Positions 57,151 through 64,000 of a DNA stretch of 64,000 nucleotides are shown here, piece by piece. Each line of letters starts with the position of its first letter. Within the stretch, counting starts at the first letter, position 1. The DNA comes from Planctomycetota bacterium. GTDB lineage: Bacteria; Planctomycetota; UBA1135; UBA2386. Location: positions 14,841 through 78,840 of the forward strand of contig JAEUHQ010000103.1 of NCBI GenBank assembly GCA_016794565.1. The letters run 5' to 3'. The notes beneath the pieces were generated by a model. The model saw only the letters and a program-made list of their open reading frames with translations. It made no database searches and was not told the origin of the DNA. The translations under genes and the position numbers were made by a program.

Positions 57151-58833
57151 GTGATCCCCGACCTGCGCGCGGACTTGCAGAGGCTCTTCGGCCACGCGGC
57201 GTTCCGCGGCCCGCAGGAGCAGGTGGTGCGGCACTTCCTCGGCGGCGGCTCGGCACTCGTCCTGATGGCGACCGGCGAGGGCAAGTCCCTCTGCTACCAG
57301 CTGCCGGCGTTCACGGGCGACGGACTCACGATCGTGGTGTCGCCGCTGATCGCGTTGATGGACGACCAGGTCGCCGCGCTGCAGAAGCGCTCGCTGTCCG
57401 CGACGTGCATCCACAGCATGGTCGAGCGCGGTGAACGCGAACGCCGCCTCGCGCGCGCCGTGGCCGGCGACGTACGACTGCTCTACGTGACGCCGGAGCG
57501 CTTCCGCGTCGACGGGTTCCTCGCTTCGCTGCGAACGGCTCGCACCGCGCGCTTCGTCGTCGACGAAGCGCACTGCGTCAGCCACTGGGGTCACGACTTC
57601 CGCCCCGACTACCTGCGGCTCGGCGAAGTGCGGCACGAACTCGGCGATCCGCCGTGCCTCGCTCTCACCGCAACCGCGACGCCGGACGCGCAGCGCGACA
57701 TCCGGTCGGTGCTCGGGCTCGACGACGCGCCGCTGTTCCACACCGGGATCGCGCGCGACAACCTGTTCCTGTCGGTCGCACAGTGCGACGACGACGAGGG
57801 CAAGCGCGCGCGACTCGGAGAAGTCCTCGGGAGGACCGGCGGCCCGGCGATCGTCTACTGCGCCCTGATCAAGGACCTGCTCCACCTGGAAAGCGAACTG
57901 CAGCGCCGCGGCATGCGGCCGCTCGTCTACCACGGCGGACTGTCGGCGCACGAACGCCGCACGCAGCAGCGCGTGTTCCAGGACAGCGGCGACGCCCTGA
58001 TGCTCGCGACGAACGCGTTCGGCATGGGCGTCGACAAGGCCGACATCCGCGCGATCGTGCACTGGCAGATCCCGCGCACCCTCGAGGCGTACTACCAGGA
58101 GATCGGTCGCGCCGGGCGCGACGGGCAGGGATCGTTCTGCGAACTGCTCTACCGCGAGGACGACGTCTCGATCCAGCGCGACTTCACCGAGTGGGCGAAT
58201 CCGACCGCGGACTTCGCGGCGGCGATCGTGCACCACATGGCCGCCCTCGGCGACCGCCTGCACGCACTCGACGTGGAGACACTGCGCGAGACCTTCCTGA
58301 CGAAGAACCGCCACGACGGCCGCGTCGAGACGGTGCTGCGGCTGCTGGCCAGCGCCGGGTGCACGAACGGCGAGCCCGGTCACGACCTCGTGCTCGTGCG
58401 CGAACCCGACGAGGACGAACTGCGCGAGTGGCTGCCCGACGACAAACGCAGACGCGACCTGATGGGACTGCTCCGCATGGTGCGTTACGCGACCGAGAAT
58501 GCGTGCAGGAAGCTGACGATCCACCAGCACTTCGGCTTCGACGACGTGCCCGCGAACTGCGGCTCGTGCGACGTGTGCGCCGACGCCGCACGCTGGCGGG
58601 ATGCGCGCATGCCGCCGGCTCGCGCACTGTCCTTCGCGCGAGCAGCGGTCGGCGCCGATCCGGCGCCCGTACAGAGGGGCGAGTGGATCGACGTCGACGG
58701 CCTCGGTCCCTGCTGCGTCGTACGCGTGCACCGCCGAGGCCGCTCCTGGCGCGCCGACGTCGAAGCGGCGAGGGACCTCACGACCCGCTCGATCGAGCTG
58801 CGCCGCCGCACGTGGCGCCGCGTCGATCGGTGA
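57151..58833 (+). CDS. recQ: RecQ-family ATP-dependent DNA helicase
   Basis: 560-aa ORF with a GTG start. FRGPQEQVV, LMATGEGKSLCYQLPA, VVSPLIALMDDQV, VVDEAHCVSHWGHDFRPDY, LTATAT, ATNAFGMGVDKADIR and QEIGRAGRDG. Confidence 0.9.
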   Translation: MIPDLRADLQRLFGHAAFRGPQEQVVRHFLGGGSALVLMATGEGKSLCYQLPAFTGDGLTIVVSPLIALMDDQVAALQKRSLSATCIHSMVERGERERRLARAVAGDVRLLYVTPERFRVDGFLASLRTARTARFVVDEAHCVSHWGHDFRPDYLRLGEVRHELGDPPCLALTATATPDAQRDIRSVLGLDDAPLFHTGIARDNLFLSVAQCDDDEGKRARLGEVLGRTGGPAIVYCALIKDLLHLESELQRRGMRPLVYHGGLSAHERRTQQRVFQDSGDALMLATNAFGMGVDKADIRAIVHWQIPRTLEAYYQEIGRAGRDGQGSFCELLYREDDVSIQRDFTEWANPTADFAAAIVHHMAALGDRLHALDVETLRETFLTKNRHDGRVETVLRLLASAGCTNGEPGHDLVLVREPDEDELREWLPDDKRRRDLMGLLRMVRYATENACRKLTIHQHFGFDDVPANCGSCDVCADAARWRDARMPPARALSFARAAVGADPAPVQRGEWIDVDGLGPCCVVRVHRRGRSWRADVEAARDLTTRSIELRRRTWRRVDR

Positions 58834-58846
58834 TCCGGGGTCACCG
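58828..58846. terminator. short inverted repeat embedding both stop codons of convergent genes
   Basis: CGGTGA (58828-58833) / loop TCCGGGG / TCACCG (58841-58846). The recQ TGA and the minus-strand TGA sit in the two stems. Confidence 0.25.
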
Positions 58847-59389
58847 ACCGATGCCCGCGAGCCATGCGTCGCGCCGGGCACGGCACAAGCGCACGTGCGC
58901 CTCCACGTCCAGCGGCCGCACCCAGTCGTGACCGATGCGCGCCCAGTCCGGGTCGTTCGGATCGACTCCGATCTCCCGCACGGCGTCCGCGACGGTGACG
59001 AAGAACTGCCGCCGGTACGGCAGCAGGAAGCCGCCGTCGCGACCGCGGTCCTCAGCAGCCTCGCCGTACGTCGCGAACCAGCGGTTCACGAAAGCGCCCA
59101 TGCGATCCGTGTGCACGGGCACCGCGAGCAGTTCCGGCAAGGATCGGGTGACGAGAGTGCGCCAGTCGTCGAAGCCCCGCTCCGCGGCGATCACGTCGAG
59201 CGCCTCGGCGCGGGCCACCGACGGCTCCGCGCGCACGATCGCTTCGATGTCGTCGTTCGCGAATCTCGGCAGACGGGCGAACCGCACCGCTGCCGCGCGC
59301 GCGGCGCGCGGGTCCGGCCCGCCGAGATCGCGCTGCAGGTCGCGCGCCGAACGACGACACCGTTCGACCAGGGCCTCGTCGTCGCTCAC
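58841..59389 (-). CDS. hypothetical protein (182 aa)
   Basis: Track ORF 58841..59482. GTG 59389 overlaps the YkgJ-like stop (GTGA), so I prefer it as the start. Composition is ordinary and I recognise no motif. Confidence 0.5.
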   Translation of the reverse strand: MSDDEALVERCRRSARDLQRDLGGPDPRAARAAAVRFARLPRFANDDIEAIVRAEPSVARAEALDVIAAERGFDDWRTLVTRSLPELLAVPVHTDRMGAFVNRWFATYGEAAEDRGRDGGFLLPYRRQFFVTVADAVREIGVDPNDPDWARIGHDWVRPLDVEAHVRLCRARRDAWLAGIGR

Positions 59390-59772
59390 CCTTCCGCTCC
59401 CGTCGCTTCGATGCCGGGGCACGTGCGCATCACGAGGTCGCGCAGCGCGGCATCGGTCCTGATCTCGGGCCAGAACGGCCACGTGCGGCAGCGCGCCGGT
59501 CGCACGTCGTAGATCGAACAGCCGGCGGGCGCGCCGTCCTGCAGGAAGACGCAGCGGTTGCCGAAGCCGTCCTTCAGGCGTTGGCCGTCCTGCTGCAGGT
59601 AGCGGCTCGCGAACGCCCGTTCGTCCATGCCGAGCGCGGCCGCGATCGCCGTGCGCTCGGCGGCATCGACGCGCACGAAGCCGCCGGGGATCGCGCAGCA
59701 GTTGCCCGAGCGGCGGCAGCGGAAACGGAACGGGAAACCCGCGCGCTCGACCGGTTCGTCCATCGCGGTCAC
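59386..59772 (-). CDS. YkgJ/UPF0153-family cysteine-cluster protein
   Basis: 128-aa ORF. FRCRRSGNCC (the CxxCGxCC motif with the second Cys replaced by Ser), NRCVFLQDG...GCSIYDVRPARCRTWPFW. The start overlaps the kinase stop by 4 nt. Confidence 0.7.
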   Translation of the reverse strand: MTAMDEPVERAGFPFRFRCRRSGNCCAIPGGFVRVDAAERTAIAAALGMDERAFASRYLQQDGQRLKDGFGNRCVFLQDGAPAGCSIYDVRPARCRTWPFWPEIRTDAALRDLVMRTCPGIEATGAEG

Positions 59773-60806
59773 GAACGTCGGCGGCGGTCGCCGAGCTTCG
59801 GCACGCGGCGCTTCGCGGCCTCCTCGAGTTCGCGCTGATGCCGGCGCTGGTCGAGGAACGCGCGGATCTCGGTACGCAATTGCACGGGGTCCTGGAATCG
59901 CATCGCCGGATCCTTCGCCATCATCTTCTCGAGGAAGTAGTGCAGCTGCGGCGACAGGTCGAGCGCCCGGATGCGTTCGCCGGACAACGACTCGAGCACC
60001 TGCTTGGCGAGCACTTCTTCGCTGGTGCGCCCTTCGAACGGCAGCGATCCGGTCGTCAGGTGGTACAGGGTGGCACCGAGTGCGTAGATGTCGGCGCGCA
60101 CATCGAGCGCGCCGCTGCCGCGCGCCTGCTCCGGCGCGATGTAGTGCACGGTGCCCGCAGTCGTGTCACCGGACGCACCTCCGCCGCTGTCGATCGCGAA
60201 CCCGAGGTCGATCAGCACCGCACCGCGCGCCTCGGACCACAGGATGTTCCCCGGCTTCACGTCTCGGTGCACGAGGCCACGCGAGTGCAACGCCTCGAGC
60301 GCCCCGGCGACGTCGACGACGACCCGCAGCGCGATCTCCTCGTCGAGGCGACCGCTCTCGGCGAGCACGTCCTGCAGGCAACGCCCCTCGAGCAGTTCCA
60401 TCGCGAAGAAGATCGTCGCCCCCTCGCGCGCCACGCGCAGTCCCTTCACCACGTTCGGGTGTCCGATCTCCTGCAGCAGCTTCGCTTCGCGCACGAACCG
60501 CTCCGTCTGCACCGGATCGGTCGCGAGTTCCGGCCGCAAGACCTTCAGGGCGACGCGGCGACTGTCGATCTTGTCGACGGCGGCGAACACGCGCCCGACA
60601 CCGCCCTCGCCGATCAGCTCGCCCAGTTCGTAGCGCGACAGGCTCGGTCGCACGCCGCCTTCGGTGCGGACCCATTCGTCCCACTGCGCTTCCGTGCACG
60701 CGCCGGACCGCACGAGATGACGTCCGGGCTCACCGGAGGCCAACGCCGCGCGCGCCGCATCCGCGGACAACACGCCGCGGTGCACGAGCTGCGCGAGCAA
60801 CTTCAT
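59769..60806 (-). CDS. Ser/Thr protein kinase with short helical N-terminal domain
   Basis: ATG at 60806, in frame with track ORF 59769..60902; 345 aa. LIGEGGVGRVFAA, VALKVL, HRDVKPGNIL, IDLGFA, GTVHYIAPE. The N-terminus is MKLLAQLVHRGVLSADAARAALAS. Confidence 0.85.
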   Translation of the reverse strand: MKLLAQLVHRGVLSADAARAALASGEPGRHLVRSGACTEAQWDEWVRTEGGVRPSLSRYELGELIGEGGVGRVFAAVDKIDSRRVALKVLRPELATDPVQTERFVREAKLLQEIGHPNVVKGLRVAREGATIFFAMELLEGRCLQDVLAESGRLDEEIALRVVVDVAGALEALHSRGLVHRDVKPGNILWSEARGAVLIDLGFAIDSGGGASGDTTAGTVHYIAPEQARGSGALDVRADIYALGATLYHLTTGSLPFEGRTSEEVLAKQVLESLSGERIRALDLSPQLHYFLEKMMAKDPAMRFQDPVQLRTEIRAFLDQRRHQRELEEAAKRRVPKLGDRRRRS

Positions 60807-60931
60807 CCGCGAATTCACGAGGCTCCAGGAGCGGGCACGCAAGGCACTTCGACGTTTCGTCCGCGACTCGTCAAGTCCGGCGGGCGCACGCCCGAAAAAC
60901 ACCGCAGACAGGATCCGGACGAGGCCACGAC

Positions 60932-62284
60932 TTGAAGCATCCAGGAGCTGCGTTCGTCATCAAGTACTTCGACTTGATCGACGAGTTCATCAAAGTCCGC
61001 TGCTGCTCGGAGGACCTGCTGCAGGAGCTGCACGCGACTCCGATCACGAACAAGTCGAACTACCGCCAGCGCGTCGTGCGCTCGTGCGTGCCGACGTTCG
61101 AGGCCGAGATACTCGCCGCGGTGCGCAAGATGGACGAGGGCTACGACCTCGAGATCGTCGAGGAGCTGCTCTACCAGATCTGCATCGACGTGAACCCGTC
61201 GCTCGAGATCCACCAGGTGAGCATCCCCTCGCCCGGCGGCTCGAAGGCCGCGGTCGAGCCCGAGGACCTGTTCCTGCCGCGCCCGGGCAACGAGTCCGCG
61301 CGCCAGAACCTGTTCCGCCGCGTCACGAACCTCGAACGCAGCCTGCGCTCGCAGATCATCGGCCAGGACGATGCGATCCGAGCCCTGGTGCGCGCAGTGA
61401 AGAAGGCCGCGGTCGGGCTGAAGCGACCCACGCACCCCGTCGGCACGTTCCTGCTCGTCGGACGGACCGGGACGGGCAAGACGGAACTCGCGAAGGCGGT
61501 GGCCCGCAACCTCTTCGACGATCCGTCGGCGATGATCCGCGTCGACTGCAGCGAGTACGCGCTGCCGCACGAGTACGCGAAGCTGATCGGTTCGCCGCCG
61601 GGATACATCGGGCACAACGAGGGCGGCTTCCTCACCGAAGCGATCAAGAAGAAGCCGACGAGCGTCGTGCTCTTCGACGAGATCGAGAAGGCGCACTACA
61701 AGGTCCACAACCTCCTGCTGCAGCTCCTCGACGAAGGCATCATCACGGACAGCAAGGGCCAGACGGTCTCGTTCCACCAGGCGCTGATCCTGATGACGAG
61801 CAACCTCGGCATCGAGAAGATCGACCAGGTGCGCACGCGGATGGGTTTCTCCGCCGCCCACCGGCGGCAGAGCCTCAAGGACGTCGACCTGCGCACGGTC
61901 ACGTTCGAGGCGCTGCGCGAGTCGTTCCGCCCCGAGTTCGTGAACCGCATCGACGAAGTCGTGATGTTCAATCCGCTGGACGAGAAGGTGTGCCAGCGCA
62001 TCGCGGGCAACATGCTCCGCGAGGTCGCGGACCTGCTGAAGCGGCGCGGCATCACCGTGACGTTCTCGCCCGGCGTGCGCGTGCTGCTCGCGAAGCAGGG
62101 CTTCTCCGAGGAGTTCGGCGCCCGCGAACTGCGCCGCCTCATCAAGCGCCGGATCGAGGATCCCATCACCGAGATGATCCTCGACCACGACCTCGGGCCC
62201 GGCAGCGAAGTGACGGTCCGCGTGAAGAGCGGCGACTACGCCTTCGCGTGCAGCGAGCCCGTGCCCGCGGCGCAGCCCGCCTGA
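60932..62284 (+). CDS. single-module Clp/Hsp100 D2-type AAA+ ATPase with unknown ~120-aa N-terminal domain
   Basis: In frame with track ORF 59627..62284. IIGQDDAIRALVRAVKKAAVGL, the Walker A FLLVGRTGTGKTELAKAVA, DCSEY...LIGSPPGYIGHNEGGFLTEAI, the Walker B VVLFDEIEKAH, LLQLLDEGIITDS, LILMTSNLG and the sensor-2 context FGARELRR. No ATG precedes the coding-looking N-terminal domain (KYFDLIDEFIKVRCCSEDLLQELH), so the start is tentatively TTG 60932. The first ATG is near 61129. Confidence 0.75.
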   Translation: MKHPGAAFVIKYFDLIDEFIKVRCCSEDLLQELHATPITNKSNYRQRVVRSCVPTFEAEILAAVRKMDEGYDLEIVEELLYQICIDVNPSLEIHQVSIPSPGGSKAAVEPEDLFLPRPGNESARQNLFRRVTNLERSLRSQIIGQDDAIRALVRAVKKAAVGLKRPTHPVGTFLLVGRTGTGKTELAKAVARNLFDDPSAMIRVDCSEYALPHEYAKLIGSPPGYIGHNEGGFLTEAIKKKPTSVVLFDEIEKAHYKVHNLLLQLLDEGIITDSKGQTVSFHQALILMTSNLGIEKIDQVRTRMGFSAAHRRQSLKDVDLRTVTFEALRESFRPEFVNRIDEVVMFNPLDEKVCQRIAGNMLREVADLLKRRGITVTFSPGVRVLLAKQGFSEEFGARELRRLIKRRIEDPITEMILDHDLGPGSEVTVRVKSGDYAFACSEPVPAAQPA

Positions 62285-62377
62285 CCGGCCGAAAGCGGCT
62301 CCGCGCACGTTCGCGCGTGACGCACGGCACGGGGGGCTCTACCCTCGCGGCCGAGGGTCCCCGCCTTCGCCACCGCA

Positions 62378-63634
62378 ATGCTCCTGTTCGTCGTCGCCGT
62401 CGCCATCTCGCTGGTGGTGTCGTTTCTCTGCTCGATCTCGGAGGCGACGCTGCTGAGTGTCGGCGCGGCACGCATCGAGGGACTCGCCCACTCGGGCAGT
62501 CGGGCCGGGCACCTGCTGCGCCGCTTTCGCCGCGAGCCGGACCGGCCGATCGCGGCGATCCTCGTGCTCAACACCGTCGCGAACTCCGGCGGCGCGGCGA
62601 TCGCGACGGACCAGTTCTCGGTGGCGTTCCCCGGCGTCTCGCCCGCCTGGTTCGCGGCGGCGTTCGTCGTCACCGTGCTCGCGTTCACCGAGATCGTGCC
62701 GAAGACGATCGGCGTGATGCACGCGAACGCACTCGCGGTCCCGGTCGCGCTCGGCGTGCAGGCGGTGACCGTACTGCTCGGACCGGTGCTCTTCGTCACG
62801 CGACAGATGTCGCGGCTGCTCGCCAAGGAAGGTGCGGTGCACACGACGTCGCTCGAGGAGATCCGGGTCCTCGCGACGGCCGGGCGCAGCCAGGGCGCGT
62901 TCGGCGCGATCACCGCCGAGCTGATCGAGAACGCGACTCGCCTGCGCGACACGATGGCGCGCGACGTGATGGTGCCACGCGACCGCGTCGTGTTCCTGTC
63001 GGGCAAGGCGTCCACGGAGCAGAACCTGCAGCTCGTCCGCCGCGCCGGCCACAGCCGCTATCCGTACACGCCCGACGGCGAGCTGGACCGCGTGACCGGA
63101 TTCGTGCTGACGAAGGAACTGCTCTTCTCGCTGCGCGAGACCGTCGAGCCCGACTGGACGGAACTCCAGGTCCCGCTGCTCGTGTTTCCCGAGACCGCGA
63201 CGCTCAACCACGTGCTCCGACGCTTCCAGCGCGAGAAGCGCCACATGGCGATCGTCGTGGACGAGTACGGCTCGACCCACGGCATCATCACGCTCGAGGA
63301 CGTGCTCGAGGAGATCGTCGGCGAGATCGAGGACGAACTCGACACCGAAGAGACGCTGATCGTCGACCGTCCCGACGGTTCGCTGCTGTGTCGCGGCTTC
63401 GCCGACGTCGAGACGGTCTTCGCGCGACTCGGCATCGCCGGCGTCGAGACGGAGAGCAAGACGCTGTCGGGCTTCCTCGCGGAACGCCTCGGGAGCGTTC
63501 CGACCGCGGGATCGGAGGTCGACTGCGAGGGCTTCCGTTTCGAGGTCACGAAAGCGAACAACCGTCGGGCCGAACGCATTCGCGTGACACCGCTCACGAA
63601 CGGCGACGGCGCGGCCCGCGGAATCGGGAACTGA
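62378..63634 (+). CDS. CNNM/HlyC/CorC-family transporter-associated protein (DUF21-CBS pair-CorC_HlyC)
   Basis: 418-aa ORF. The DUF21 membrane region ends at EIVPKTIG. The CBS region covers RDVMVPRDRVV...HSRYPY...HMAIVVDEYGSTHGIITLEDVLEEIVGEIEDE. A C-terminal CorC-like beta domain follows. Confidence 0.85.
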   Translation: MLLFVVAVAISLVVSFLCSISEATLLSVGAARIEGLAHSGSRAGHLLRRFRREPDRPIAAILVLNTVANSGGAAIATDQFSVAFPGVSPAWFAAAFVVTVLAFTEIVPKTIGVMHANALAVPVALGVQAVTVLLGPVLFVTRQMSRLLAKEGAVHTTSLEEIRVLATAGRSQGAFGAITAELIENATRLRDTMARDVMVPRDRVVFLSGKASTEQNLQLVRRAGHSRYPYTPDGELDRVTGFVLTKELLFSLRETVEPDWTELQVPLLVFPETATLNHVLRRFQREKRHMAIVVDEYGSTHGIITLEDVLEEIVGEIEDELDTEETLIVDRPDGSLLCRGFADVETVFARLGIAGVETESKTLSGFLAERLGSVPTAGSEVDCEGFRFEVTKANNRRAERIRVTPLTNGDGAARGIGN

Positions 63635-63704
63635 CGCAACAGAGCGCAGATGCGCGCGGCTACAAGTTCGTGACGCCCGGCTCGTCCCGGCCGGGGAACT
63701 CACG

Positions 63705-64000
63705 ATGACCACCGTATTCCTCTACTGCGCGGCCATCGGCGGAACCTGCCTCGTTCTCCAGTTCCTGCTGCTCGTGTTCGGAGTCGGCGGCGACACCGAC
63801 GTCGACGGCGGCCACGGCGCAGGCCACGACCAGGGCGCGTTCCTCAAGTTGTTCTCGCTGCAGACGGTCTCGACGTTCGCGACGTTCTTCGGCCTCGTCG
63901 GTCTCGGCACCGACAAGCTCGGCTGGTCGCCGCTGTCCGTCGCCGCCACCGCGACGCTTGCCGGCGGCTCCGCTCTCTGGTTCGTCGCGGGCCTGATGCG
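63705..64000 (+). CDS. membrane protein, N-terminal part (3' end outside window); YqiJ/NfeD-associated-like
   Basis: ATG at 63705 with the frame open to the window end; it is not in the track because there is no stop. The sequence is MTTVFLYCAAIGGTCLVLQFLLLVFGVGGDTDVDGGHGAGHD...LQTVSTFATFFGLVGLG, two hydrophobic helices flanking an acidic/His loop. Confidence 0.45.
   Translation, partial: MTTVFLYCAAIGGTCLVLQFLLLVFGVGGDTDVDGGHGAGHDQGAFLKLFSLQTVSTFATFFGLVGLGTDKLGWSPLSVAATATLAGGSALWFVAGLM

Noticed and set aside
60807-60902. Longer kinase start at GTG 60902 (the track start)
   Set aside because: The extra 32 residues (FFGRAPAGLDESRTKRRSALRARSWSLVNSR) look non-coding. They would also leave only ~29 nt to the divergent AAA+ gene. 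ATG 60806 begins a plausible helical domain.
60932-61250. Locally lower GC at the 5' end of the AAA+ gene as evidence of horizontal transfer
   Set aside because: Third codon positions remain G/C-biased as in the rest of the window. The dip comes from amino-acid composition (K, N, I, Y, F), not from foreign codon usage.

Overview
This is a very GC-rich bacterial chromosomal segment. GC was judged by eye, not computed, and it explains the many long spurious antisense or out-of-frame ORFs in the six-frame track. I support 48 protein-coding genes plus one speculative small ORF. I found no rRNA, tRNA, CRISPR array, transposase or integrase.

Housekeeping anchors are aconitase (acnA), type-II NADH dehydrogenase, ValRS, KdsA, RecQ and RNase HI. 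There is also a nucleoside/deoxyribose catabolic set (cdd, deoC, two ALDH-family genes, deoA). Gene content points to a diderm lineage of the Planctomycetota/Myxococcota type: KdsA, a Tat-signal glycosylasparaginase-like protein, a prenyltransferase/squalene-oxidase-repeat protein and several GT-C glycosyltransferases. Taxonomy cannot be settled from this window.

The most striking content is a set of seven signal-peptide-bearing secreted proteins that I cannot assign to any characterised system. By my coordinates they cover 13,677 nt, about 21% of the window.
- Four of them form a tandemly duplicated two-gene module, A1-B1-A2-B2 (15683-24522). It sits on the opposite strand in the middle of the deo-type catabolic genes, and its B-gene 3' ends carry a 114-nt identical run.
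- The other three are NIDO-like-repeat proteins (34304-35500, 35737-37578, 49361-51259).
- All seven carry a C-terminal ~110-130-aa segment with a Cys motif and a [ST]N[GA][LI]-type ending that may be related by eye; homology across classes is not established.

Other unusual items:
- an ECF sigma factor fused in-frame through a transmembrane helix to ~790 aa of Ig-like repeats
- an aconitase with a histone-H1-like K/A/P tail
- a Pus10-like pseudouridine synthase, a family normally archaeal/eukaryotic
- a D2-only Clp-type AAA+ ATPase with an unknown N-domain, next to a kinase-YkgJ operon
- a radical-SAM protein with an N-terminal SPASM-like Cys domain
- a FabZ-like / GT-C / GT-C / GT2 operon chained by GTGA overlaps

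All family calls rest on motif recognition by eye. No database search was possible.
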